Shown here one piece after another: positions 8,820 through 17,756 of a stretch of DNA of 26,605 nt. The stretch spans positions 1 through 26,605 of the forward strand of contig JBHHYI010000043.1 of NCBI GenBank assembly GCA_046757525.1, in the 5' to 3' direction. The notes below the pieces were generated by a model. It did no database searches and had not been told where the DNA came from. It saw only the letters and a program-made list of their open reading frames with translations. How positions within the stretch are numbered: position 1 is the first letter of the stretch; every line of letters starts with the position of its first letter. The translations under genes and the position numbers were made by a program. The DNA is from a bacterium. GTDB lineage: Bacteria; Zhuqueibacterota; Zhuqueibacteria; Oceanimicrobiales; Oceanimicrobiaceae.

Positions 8820-9201
8820 ATATCTGCTCGTTGGTGGCTACGCTGTTGGGTACTACGGTTATCCACGCGCAACAGGTGACCTGGATATCTGGATTGCCAT
8901 TCATCCCCGAAATGCCGAAAAGTTATTTGCAGTGGTAAAGGAGTTTGGTTTCAATGTTCCTGAACTATCAGTCGACTTATTCGTGAAGGAAAACAAAATC
9001 ATCCGCATGGGCGTTCCCCCATTGAGAATTGAAATCTTTACTGCTCTTTCTGGAGTCAGTTTTGAAGAATGTTATGCCGAACGGACAAACGATGTGATTG
9101 AGGGCGTGGAAGTCAATTTCATTAGTCTGCCGCATCTTAAACACAACAAAAAAGCTTGCGGAAGACATAAAGACTTGAACGATTTAGAAAACTTACCTTA
9201 A
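8752..9201 (+). CDS. Pol-beta superfamily nucleotidyltransferase (MenT/AbiEii/DUF6036-like)
   Basis: YLLVGGYAV...PRATGDLDIW motif (GG, RxTxDxD) and C-terminal K...GRHKDLNDL; the ORF extension upstream of ATG 8752 looks non-coding in this frame. Confidence 0.85.
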   Translation: MATIRLPPDFKDFLKLLNLNEVEYLLVGGYAVGYYGYPRATGDLDIWIAIHPRNAEKLFAVVKEFGFNVPELSVDLFVKENKIIRMGVPPLRIEIFTALSGVSFEECYAERTNDVIEGVEVNFISLPHLKHNKKACGRHKDLNDLENLP

Positions 9202-9215
9202 CAACCAGAGCGAGA

Positions 9216-9854
9216 TTGCCTGGCACAAGAAAGATCACAAAAATCGAGAGACAGAAGCGCAACAAAAACAGAGTTTCCATTTACCTCGACGACCAATTCG
9301 CCTTTGGTTTGGATTTGGAGGTCGCGACCCAGTTTGACCTGCGAGAAGGAGCGGAAGTCAGCCAGGAAACCATCGACACGGTTTTACTGAAGGAAGAGAA
9401 AAAAGGCGCCAAAAACAAGGCCTTCCGATACCTGGCCGGCAGGGCGCACAGTGAAAAAGAGCTGCGAGACAAGCTGCGCTTAAAAGGCTTTTCCAAACCA
9501 ATTGTCGAGGAAGTTTTAGCCGAGTTGAAAGTGTTGAAATTCATAGACGATTCTGCCTTTGCCGCTTCTTACGTCCGCAGCCGCATGATCAATCGACCCT
9601 GCGGAGAGACGCTTCTGCGGCACGAATTGTGGCAGAAAGGGGTGAGTGAAGAGATCGCTAAGAGCGCCGTAAAAGCTTTCTTCTCCGAACACAATCAGGT
9701 GGAAGTCGCCCGCGCGCTGGCGGAAAAGCTGAGACCGCGCTACAGCAGGCTGGACGCCACGAAGCGGAAGAAGCGTCTTTCCGATTTTCTGCTGCGTCGT
9801 GGTTTTGCCTGGGAATTGGTCAAGGAAGTGGTTGAAATAAATACGGAAGACTAA
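9216..9854 (+). CDS. recX: regulatory protein RecX
   Basis: KITKIERQKRNK.RVSIYLD, RAHSEKELRDKL, FIDDSAFA, ELWQKGV, LLRRGF repeats; downstream of recA. Confidence 0.93.
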   Translation: MPGTRKITKIERQKRNKNRVSIYLDDQFAFGLDLEVATQFDLREGAEVSQETIDTVLLKEEKKGAKNKAFRYLAGRAHSEKELRDKLRLKGFSKPIVEEVLAELKVLKFIDDSAFAASYVRSRMINRPCGETLLRHELWQKGVSEEIAKSAVKAFFSEHNQVEVARALAEKLRPRYSRLDATKRKKRLSDFLLRRGFAWELVKEVVEINTED

Positions 9855-9863
9855 ACAATTGAG

Positions 9864-12521
9864 ATGATGAATTCCAACGAGCTTCGAAATTCATTCTTAG
9901 AGTTTTTTAAGAACAAGAAACACGAGATTGTGCCCAGCTCGCCGGTGGTGCCTTTTGACGATCCGACCTTGCTGTTTATTAATGCCGGCATGAACCAGTT
10001 TAAGAACATCTTTCTCGGGTTGGAGACGCGCAACTACAAGCGCGCTGCGGACACTCAGAAATGCATCCGGGTGAGCGGCAAGCACAACGACCTGGAAGAC
10101 GTGGGCTTCGACACCTACCACCATACCTTCTTCGAGATGCTGGGCAACTGGTCCTTTGGTGACTACTTCAAGAAAGAAGCGATCGAATGGGCCTGGGAGT
10201 TGCTCACCGAGGTTTGGGCTCTGGACCCCAATCGCATGTACGCCACGGTTTTCGGAGGTGATGAGGAAGACCACCTGAACGCAGATGAAGAGGCCGCAGC
10301 CCTCTGGACGCAGGTCACGCCGTTGCAGGCGGAAAGGGTCTTGCGCTTCGGTAAGAAAGACAATTTCTGGGAAATGGGCGACGTGGGCCCCTGCGGTCCT
10401 TGCTCTGAAATTCACTACGATCTCGGCAAAGAAAAATGCGACAAAAAAGATGCTGCGGGTCACGTCTGCGCCGTCAACAGCGGCTGCGCCCGCTTTATTG
10501 AAATTTGGAATTTGGTCTTCATTCAATTCAATCGCGAAAAAGATGGGTCGTTGAAAAACCTGCCGGACAAGCACGTGGACACGGGCATGGGTTTCGAACG
10601 CGTCCTGGCTTTGCTCAACGGCACCAACTCGAACTACGACACCGATCTGTTTACGCCACTGCTCGACGAGGTCAATCATCTTACTGGCGTCAAATATCCC
10701 GCGGAAGACAATGGCTTCGCTCACCGCGTGATTGCCGATCACATTCGCGCGCTCACCTTTGCCATCACCGACGGGGCCATGCCCTCCAACGAGGGCCGTG
10801 GCTACGTGTTGCGGCGTATTCTGCGGCGCGCGGCGCGATTTGGCCGAAGTCTGGGCATGCAGGAACCATTCATCTACAAACTGGTGCCGGTGCTGGTGGA
10901 CGTCATGGGCCAGGCTTTTCCGGAGCTGAAGGAAAAGCACCAGTTCGCTGCTTTGGTGATCAAAGCGGAGGAGGAGAGTTTTAACCACACGCTGGATCGT
11001 GGCATCGAACTCTTCGATAAGGTGTCCGCTCAGGTTTTGAAACAGGGCAAGCGAGAGATACCGGGCGAAGAGGCTTTCCGACTGTACGACACTTACGGTT
11101 TTCCCTTCGATTTGACGCAGTTGATGGCCAGACAAAACCATTTGACCGTGGACGAAAGCGGGTTTCACCAGGCCATGAACCGACAGCGGGAGCGGGCGCG
11201 CCAGGCCGGCAAGTGGAGCTACACGGCGGATTTTGATTTCGAAAAATGGCGTGAGCTGACCACGGGCCCCGATTCCGAGTTCTTAGGGTACACCGAATTG
11301 GAGGTGGAATCCGAAATCCGCCGGCTGCACCGGGACAACAGTCAGGTATTTTTTACCCTGGACCGGACGCCTTTTTACGGCGAGGCCGGCGGTCAGGTGG
11401 GCGACGTGGGTGAAATCGTGGGCGATGGCTTCACCGTCAAGGTCACCGACACCGTGCGCTCAGGCAATCGCATCGTGCACATTGGCGAACTCACCAGCGG
11501 CAGCAAGGTCACCGGTCCCAAAGTGGTGGCGCGGGTCGACCGGGAAGTGCGCAAATCCACGGCGCGCAATCACACCGCCACCCATTTGTTGCACAAGGCT
11601 TTGCGAGAAACTCTGGGAACGCACGTCACTCAGGCCGGTTCCCTGGTAGCTCCCGACCACCTCCGTTTTGACGTCACCCACTTTCAAAAAATCGATGGGA
11701 AACAGTTGGAAGAAATCGAAGCTCGCGTCAATGAGAAGATTCGAGAGGATCTGGCCGTGGAGATTCTTCACACCACCTTTGTCAAGGCCCGGGAAATGGG
11801 GGCCATGGCCATTTTTGAAGAAAAATACGGTGAGAAAGTGCGGGTCATCAAGATCGCGGATTACAGCATGGAATTGTGCGGCGGCACGCATTTGAACCAC
11901 ACTGGCGAGATGGGTTACTTCAGACTGCTGTCGGAATCCAGTGCGGCGGCTGGCATCCGGCGGTTGGAGGCTGTCACCGGCGAAATGGCTGACCGGCTTT
12001 TAAGAAGTGAGAAGAAGAGCTACTTGCACATTCAGGAGCTTCTTGCTTGCAACAGCGAGGAAGTCGCCGAGAGAATTGAAGATTTGCTCGCTGAAAAACG
12101 CCGGCTGGAAAAGGCGATCCGCGATTTACGCATTCAGGCGGCACGCCTGCACCTCGATCAACTGTTAGAAAAGACGCAAGAGGTCAACGGGTTTAAGGTG
12201 GTTGCATCGCAGATTCAAAGCAACGACACCGAGGAGCTCAAACAGGTGGGTGATTCGTTGAGATCAAAATTAGGGTCAGGTGTGGGGGTCCTGGCCTCGG
12301 TCATCAACGATAAGGTTGCCTTTGTTTGTGTGGTCACCGATGATCTGATTGCGAACAGTCACTTGAAGGCCGGCGACATCGTCAAACAGGTTGCGGCGGT
12401 CACAGAAGGCAGCGGGGGGGGCCGGCCGCACATGGCCCTGGCCGGGGGTAAAAAGATTTCAAAATTGCACGAGGCCCTGAGCAAGGTGCCGGAAATAGTT
12501 ACACAATTAGTTCACAAGTGA
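9864..12521 (+). CDS. alaS: alanine--tRNA ligase
   Basis: DPTLLFINAGMNQFK, HHTFFEMLGNWSFGDYFK, DTGMGFER, NHTATHLL and ELCGGTH editing motifs, GGGRP...A.AGG DHHA1 tail. Confidence 0.99.
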   Translation: MMNSNELRNSFLEFFKNKKHEIVPSSPVVPFDDPTLLFINAGMNQFKNIFLGLETRNYKRAADTQKCIRVSGKHNDLEDVGFDTYHHTFFEMLGNWSFGDYFKKEAIEWAWELLTEVWALDPNRMYATVFGGDEEDHLNADEEAAALWTQVTPLQAERVLRFGKKDNFWEMGDVGPCGPCSEIHYDLGKEKCDKKDAAGHVCAVNSGCARFIEIWNLVFIQFNREKDGSLKNLPDKHVDTGMGFERVLALLNGTNSNYDTDLFTPLLDEVNHLTGVKYPAEDNGFAHRVIADHIRALTFAITDGAMPSNEGRGYVLRRILRRAARFGRSLGMQEPFIYKLVPVLVDVMGQAFPELKEKHQFAALVIKAEEESFNHTLDRGIELFDKVSAQVLKQGKREIPGEEAFRLYDTYGFPFDLTQLMARQNHLTVDESGFHQAMNRQRERARQAGKWSYTADFDFEKWRELTTGPDSEFLGYTELEVESEIRRLHRDNSQVFFTLDRTPFYGEAGGQVGDVGEIVGDGFTVKVTDTVRSGNRIVHIGELTSGSKVTGPKVVARVDREVRKSTARNHTATHLLHKALRETLGTHVTQAGSLVAPDHLRFDVTHFQKIDGKQLEEIEARVNEKIREDLAVEILHTTFVKAREMGAMAIFEEKYGEKVRVIKIADYSMELCGGTHLNHTGEMGYFRLLSESSAAAGIRRLEAVTGEMADRLLRSEKKSYLHIQELLACNSEEVAERIEDLLAEKRRLEKAIRDLRIQAARLHLDQLLEKTQEVNGFKVVASQIQSNDTEELKQVGDSLRSKLGSGVGVLASVINDKVAFVCVVTDDLIANSHLKAGDIVKQVAAVTEGSGGGRPHMALAGGKKISKLHEALSKVPEIVTQLVHK

Positions 12522-12524
12522 CCA

Positions 12525-13268
12525 TTGACCACATTTGAAAAATTGCTCAAGATTCGCGACGAGCGCGGAGCTGGTTACCTGCTGTTAATCGATCCGGACA
12601 AATGGCAATACGAGAAGATCATTGAGCTGTCCATTCGGGCCAATGAGGGCGGCGCGGATGGGTTGCTCATCGGAGGAAGTCTCCTGCTTTCTTCTTCGTT
12701 CGATGAACTGGTCAGGATCATCAAACAGAACATCGACATCCCCTTGATCGTATTTCCCGGCAGTCTGACGCAGGTGTCGAAAAGCGCGGACGCCATTTTC
12801 TTCCTTTCGCTCATCAGCGGGCGCAACCCGAACTACATCATCGGGGAACAGGTAAAAGCCGCGCCTTTGATCAAAGCCATTGGGGTGGAGCCGATTTCGG
12901 TAGGGTACATGCTGGTGGAGTCCGGCCGCATCTCTTCGGCGGAGTTTATGAGCAACACGCGCCCCATCCCACGCGACAAACCGGACATCGCCCAGGCCAC
13001 AGCCCTGGCTGCGGAATATCTGGGCATGCAACTGGTCTATCTCGAAGCCGGCAGCGGCGCCGACAAGACGGTTCCGGATGACATGGTCCAAGCAGTTGCC
13101 AATTACATCACGCCGCCGTTAGTGGTTGGCGGCGGCATTCGGACCCCTGAAGAAGCCCGGCGAAAGGTTGCGTCCGGCGCATCGTTTGTCGTGACCGGCA
13201 ACGTATTAGAAACCGAAAAGAATGCAAGCCTGATCAAGGAGTTTGCTGCTGCGATTCATTCAAGATAA
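12525..13268 (+). CDS. geranylgeranylglyceryl/heptaprenylglyceryl phosphate synthase (group II GGGPS family)
   Basis: LIDPDK, IGGS, FPG, SLISGRNP, YLEAGSGA, VGGGIR, VVTGN motifs of the GGGPS/PcrB TIM barrel. Confidence 0.92.
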   Translation: MTTFEKLLKIRDERGAGYLLLIDPDKWQYEKIIELSIRANEGGADGLLIGGSLLLSSSFDELVRIIKQNIDIPLIVFPGSLTQVSKSADAIFFLSLISGRNPNYIIGEQVKAAPLIKAIGVEPISVGYMLVESGRISSAEFMSNTRPIPRDKPDIAQATALAAEYLGMQLVYLEAGSGADKTVPDDMVQAVANYITPPLVVGGGIRTPEEARRKVASGASFVVTGNVLETEKNASLIKEFAAAIHSR

Positions 13269-13306
13269 ACGTGAGTTCGTGTCGACAATAACAAGCACAT
13301 GGAGTT

Positions 13307-13543
13307 ATGCCTACTGTACTTCGAATTGGCCCTTACAGATTCTTCTTTTATGCAGGTGATCGGAATGAGCCTCGCCATGTACACGTTGAGCGTGACGACA
13401 AAGAAGCCAAGTTCTGGCTCGACCCGGTCATGCTCCAAAGTAGCGGAGGTTTCAGCAGGCAGGAAATCAACAAGATACTGAAACTCGTAGAAGAAAACCA
13501 AAAAGCTTTGCTAAGGAATTGGGATGAATACTTTAACGACTGA
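13307..13543 (+). CDS. DUF4160 family protein (putative toxin)
   Basis: MPTVLRIGPYRFFFY, EPRHVHV, AKFWL, WDEYF; upstream of and overlapping a DUF2442 gene. Confidence 0.88.
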   Translation: MPTVLRIGPYRFFFYAGDRNEPRHVHVERDDKEAKFWLDPVMLQSSGGFSRQEINKILKLVEENQKALLRNWDEYFND

Positions 13544-13838
13544 AATACGAGCAGCGAGGGCACAGGATGTTTCTGTTACTGAAGATTCGCTGACCGTTGA
13601 TCTCGATGATGGTCGCACCATCTCTGTACCTCTCGGCTGGTATCCCCGACTGCTGCATGGGACACCAGAGGAACGTAATCATTGGCGTTTGATTGGCAAG
13701 GGAGAAGGCATTCATTGGCCAGACCTCGATGAAGACATTAGTGTTGAGAATTTATTAACCGCGAAATGTTCAGGGGAAAGCCAGCGTTCGTTTAAGCGGT
13801 GGCTGCAGGCGCGCTCTTCGCGGGAGAAGAAGTCCTGA
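13524..13838 (+). CDS. DUF2442 family protein (putative antitoxin)
   Basis: LTVDLDDGRTISVPLGWYPRL and GIHWPDLDEDISVENLL. Confidence 0.9.
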   Translation: MNTLTTEIRAARAQDVSVTEDSLTVDLDDGRTISVPLGWYPRLLHGTPEERNHWRLIGKGEGIHWPDLDEDISVENLLTAKCSGESQRSFKRWLQARSSREKKS

Positions 13839-13935
13839 TGATTGTCATTTTTAGAAGGCAGGTTCAGTGGTGCTTTCAGCCAGATATTTGTTGATAATGA
13901 TCTGTAAAAAAATATCGTTAATTAAGGAGTGAACC

Positions 13936-14154
13936 ATGTTACATCTTGACTTGAAGTTAAAACCCAAGATCGAAAAACAATTTGTGGAGTTAGTAAATAA
14001 GCAATTTGACGGCAGCTACGAAAAATTCGTCGAAAGTGCACTTAAGAACCGAGGAAATATATTGACTCGATTACTTAGCATATCGGAAGATTTGGGAGTT
14101 GAAGATTTGGCCCATAATCACGACCATTATCTTTATGGAACCGCAAAAAAATGA
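13936..14154 (+). CDS. putative VapB-like antitoxin
   Basis: 72 aa, AAGGAG RBS, C-terminal DLAHNHDHYLYG motif typical of PIN-toxin partners; 4-nt overlap with the PIN gene. Confidence 0.75.
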   Translation: MLHLDLKLKPKIEKQFVELVNKQFDGSYEKFVESALKNRGNILTRLLSISEDLGVEDLAHNHDHYLYGTAKK

Positions 14155-14555
14155 GAAAAATTTTCTTGGATACTTGCGGAATTCTTGCCCTCGTAAACAA
14201 GAGAGATTCTCTGCACCAAAAAGCCGTAAAGGTCAATGGATTGTTACTACTTGAGCAAGTGCAATTCTTCACTACAGAATATATTCTGGTGGAGGTGGGT
14301 AATGCTCTGGCAAAGAACAAAGGGTTGGCCATAAAAACACTTAAAAATCTTTGTGAAGGTGAAGGGATTGAATTGATTAAGATCACGGATGAATTTCTCA
14401 ACAAATCTTTGCAACTTTATGAAAAATATTCTGACAAAGATTGGGGACTAACAGATGTTTCATCGTTTGTTATCATGAATGAATTCAAAACAACCGAAGC
14501 ATTTACAGACGACAAACATTTCGAACAGTTTGGCTTTCAAATTCTGTTGAAATGA
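14151..14555 (+). CDS. vapC: VapC PIN-domain ribonuclease toxin
   Basis: IFLDT, ILVE, WGLTDVSSF, AFTDDKHFEQFGF acidic PIN residues. Confidence 0.9.
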   Translation: MRKIFLDTCGILALVNKRDSLHQKAVKVNGLLLLEQVQFFTTEYILVEVGNALAKNKGLAIKTLKNLCEGEGIELIKITDEFLNKSLQLYEKYSDKDWGLTDVSSFVIMNEFKTTEAFTDDKHFEQFGFQILLK

Positions 14556-14671
14556 AGTAATTTTAACATTCGCATGTAGCAGAGATTCAGACAGCTGAGA
14601 TGCATTGCAGGCTTCGATTGACCCTTGAGATAAAAAACTTACCAAAGGGAACAACGGTTTACGGAGGAACT

Positions 14672-15475
14672 TTGATCGACATACATTCGCACGTTTTGCC
14701 TAAGATCGACGACGGGCCCAACTCCTGGGAAGACACTCTGGCCATGCTGCACCAGGCTGAGGAGGATGGTATTGCGGAAGTCGCCATTACCCATCACATC
14801 GTCAGCAACATGGATTACCGGCGTGAAGAAGAAATCATCCTGAAATTCAAAGAGCTCAAGGAAAGAATCGCTTTCGAAAAGATAAAGATAAAAATACATT
14901 TAGGTTCAGAGATTTATGCCCAGCCGGACATGGAGTTGTATCACAGCATTTCAACCTACAACGACAACAAGAAGTACTTCCTGGTAGAATTTCCCATGCA
15001 GGGCATTCCGCGGTTCGTGGCCGACCGATTTTTTGACCTGATTCTGGAAGGCTTAGTCCCAATTGTCGCGCATCCTGAAAGAAACCTGGGCATCATTAGA
15101 AATCCGCAACGCGCATACGAATTCGTGCAAAGGGGCGCCTTGCTGCAGATGAATGCTGGCAGCATCTTAGGCCGCCACGGGGAACCGGTAAAGGACACGG
15201 CGGAAATTCTCCTGAACGGCAACCTGATCCATTTTGTCGGCAGCGACGGTCACAATACCCGCAGACGACCTCTGAAGCTGCGCGCGGCAAGAGAGGCCGT
15301 GGCCAGTGGTTGGGGGGAAGCAAGGGCCGCTCTGTTGTTTCGTGAAAATCCACAAAAGGCCCTGGCCGGCCAGGAAATCACCATATCTGAACCGTTGCCG
15401 GTGGAAGTCAAGAGAGGCAAAGGTCTTCTCAACCCTATTAAAATGATTAAGCGGATTTTGGCAGAATTAAGATAA
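14672..15475 (+). CDS. CpsB/CapC family PHP-type tyrosine-protein phosphatase
   Basis: IDIHSHVLPKIDDG, THH, YFLVEFP, AHPERN, GSDGH...R motifs; TTG start at 14672 after GGAGG. Confidence 0.9.
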   Translation: MIDIHSHVLPKIDDGPNSWEDTLAMLHQAEEDGIAEVAITHHIVSNMDYRREEEIILKFKELKERIAFEKIKIKIHLGSEIYAQPDMELYHSISTYNDNKKYFLVEFPMQGIPRFVADRFFDLILEGLVPIVAHPERNLGIIRNPQRAYEFVQRGALLQMNAGSILGRHGEPVKDTAEILLNGNLIHFVGSDGHNTRRRPLKLRAAREAVASGWGEARAALLFRENPQKALAGQEITISEPLPVEVKRGKGLLNPIKMIKRILAELR

Positions 15476-15574
15476 GAGGGTGGCTCAAGTTTAATAACCT
15501 GAACTCAGGTAGATCAGGAATCGTATAATTAGTGCTGAGCGCAACGAATCGTTAAGGAGCTTAAAACCGAATAG

Positions 15575-17725
15575 ATGTTAACGTTTCTAAATTCTGCAAT
15601 TTTGTTGGGGCTGTCTGCGGTAGCCATCCCCATTCTAATCCATCTCTTCACCCGCAAGAAAGTCAAGACAGTTTATTTTAGCAGTTTGAGGTTTCTCATC
15701 GAACTGCAGAAACACAAAATTCGCCGGCTCAAGATTCGACAAATTTTGTTGCTGATAGTACGTGCACTCATCATTCTGGCCCTCGTCCTGGCCTTTGCCC
15801 GGCCGGCGCTCAAGAGTAGCAGCGCTTCCTCGTTGGAGTCGGGCGCGCAAATCACCGCGGTGATTATTTTGGACAACACGCTGAGCATGGGACGCGAATT
15901 TGCGGGCAAGCGTCTCCTGGACATAGCCAAACAGCGAGCGCTGGAGGTCTTGAATCTCCTGCGGCCTGGTGATGAAATATACTTGTTGTACCCCCAGGCA
16001 CCGCCCAAATTTGCCCACAAGGGCCCCAGATATAGTCTGGACACCGTGCGTGAGTTGATCGAAAACACCGAGCTGTCTTTTCGCACCACCGATTACCTGT
16101 CGACTTTTCGTGCTGCTGAGGAGATATTGCGCAAGTCGCAGAATATCAACAAGGAGGTCTATTTTATTTCCGACATGCAAAAAAATGGGTTGCGCCCGCA
16201 GGAGTCGGGCGACGGCGCCAAATTATTTGATAAGCATGTCAATGTGTTCGTGCTGCCCGTGCAAAGCACTGAACGGACCAACCTGGACATCGCATCCGTG
16301 CGTTTGGCTAATCAAATCCTGGAACGGGACAAAGTCGTCGAGATAGAGTCAGAGCTTAGAAGCCACAGCCAGCACAGGTTAAAAGACCGCCTGGTGCACC
16401 TGTTTGTCAATGGCAAACGGGTGGGACAACAGGCGCTGGACTTCGAAGCCACCTCTACCCAAAAAGTGCTCTTCAAGATGATTCCTGACCGAACCGGTTT
16501 TCAGTCAGGATTTGTGCAGTTGGAAGATGATGAACTTCTGGATGACAACACGCGCTATTTTACCTACCGCATTTTGGATGAAATCCCGGTGCTCATCGTC
16601 ACCGGACCCAGCGCCAATAGCCGTTACTTGAAGTTAGCATTGCATCCCGAAAAAACCAGCACCACGAATGTCACGGTCGACGAAATAGACTACAACAAAT
16701 TTCCAGAGCAAAACCTCAACAAGTATCGCGTCGTTGTTTTTGCAAATGTGCCACGTTTGGACAATGTTGCCTCTTTAAAGCTGCAAAAATTTGTGGCCGC
16801 AGGCGGCGGTTTCTTAGTTTTCTTGGGGGAAGACGTTAATCTTCGTAACTATAATGAAACGATTCAAAGAAAGATGCACCTGCCCCTGTTAAGCGAAACC
16901 TACGGCAACGCCACCGGGGAGCAGTTTCTTTCCCTGGGGAAAATCGATTTCAGCCACCCCATTTTTCGCGGTGTCTTTGAAGAGGACCAGAAGCAAATCA
17001 GTTCGCCCCACATCCGGTTCGTTGTGAAGATCCACGCAGAAAAGCCGATCGATACCATCATTGAGTACAGCAATGGCCAGCCGTTTCTGTTTGAAACGTC
17101 GTTTAGAAAAGGCTCTGTCATGTATTTCACCACCGGGCTTTCGAACAACTGGTCTGATTTGGTTTTCAAGGGCATTTTCGTGCCGTTGATTTACCGCAGT
17201 ATTACCTACTTAGCGGGCGGGACGGTTAATGAAAGAAACGACTTCTTGATCGGAGATGAAATCGCCTACCGTGCGAATAAGCATCTCAGCCATAATGAAA
17301 TTGTAATGCGAAAGCCGGATAGCACCGACGTTCATGTGAAGCCAGAGATAGCCCAGGGGGATTATTTAATTCGGTTTCACGACACAGAACTTCCGGGGAT
17401 CTATTCGTTGTATTCCGGGGGAACAAGACTGGCGCAGTGGGCCGTCAATTATGACCCGGAAGAAACGATGACTACCCCATTCAAGACGAAAGTGTTGGCC
17501 AACCACCTCGCAGCCAATCAAGTGGTGGAGATCCAGCTTTCCGACGACATCGCCGAACGCCTCGAGCAGTCCCGATTTGGACGCGAACTCTGGAAATATT
17601 TTATTGCCCTGGCTTTGATTTTGACGGTCTTGGAAATGGCTGTCATGCGAGAAACGAGCAAGGTAAGTGTCGCACATCAGGCACAGGACTCAAAACGCAG
17701 CCGCATGGTCGATGTTGGAGAATAA
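15575..17725 (+). CDS. BatA-domain (N-terminal double TM) + VWA membrane protein
   Basis: PILIHL...FSSLRFL...LLLIVR...LAFARP BatA signature; MIDAS-like DNTLSM and FISDMQ; C-terminal ELWKYF transmembrane helix with E. Confidence 0.85.
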   Translation: MLTFLNSAILLGLSAVAIPILIHLFTRKKVKTVYFSSLRFLIELQKHKIRRLKIRQILLLIVRALIILALVLAFARPALKSSSASSLESGAQITAVIILDNTLSMGREFAGKRLLDIAKQRALEVLNLLRPGDEIYLLYPQAPPKFAHKGPRYSLDTVRELIENTELSFRTTDYLSTFRAAEEILRKSQNINKEVYFISDMQKNGLRPQESGDGAKLFDKHVNVFVLPVQSTERTNLDIASVRLANQILERDKVVEIESELRSHSQHRLKDRLVHLFVNGKRVGQQALDFEATSTQKVLFKMIPDRTGFQSGFVQLEDDELLDDNTRYFTYRILDEIPVLIVTGPSANSRYLKLALHPEKTSTTNVTVDEIDYNKFPEQNLNKYRVVVFANVPRLDNVASLKLQKFVAAGGGFLVFLGEDVNLRNYNETIQRKMHLPLLSETYGNATGEQFLSLGKIDFSHPIFRGVFEEDQKQISSPHIRFVVKIHAEKPIDTIIEYSNGQPFLFETSFRKGSVMYFTTGLSNNWSDLVFKGIFVPLIYRSITYLAGGTVNERNDFLIGDEIAYRANKHLSHNEIVMRKPDSTDVHVKPEIAQGDYLIRFHDTELPGIYSLYSGGTRLAQWAVNYDPEETMTTPFKTKVLANHLAANQVVEIQLSDDIAERLEQSRFGRELWKYFIALALILTVLEMAVMRETSKVSVAHQAQDSKRSRMVDVGE

Positions 17726-17756
17726 GGAACAGATTCAAACAGGAGGTCGAAAGGCC

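Noticed and set aside
9897..11168. 423-aa minus-strand ORF, and similar antisense ORFs at 1648-2448, 7422-8012 and 19117-20064
   Set aside because: They lie antisense to well-supported genes and are the typical shadow ORFs produced by codon bias; no recognisable motifs
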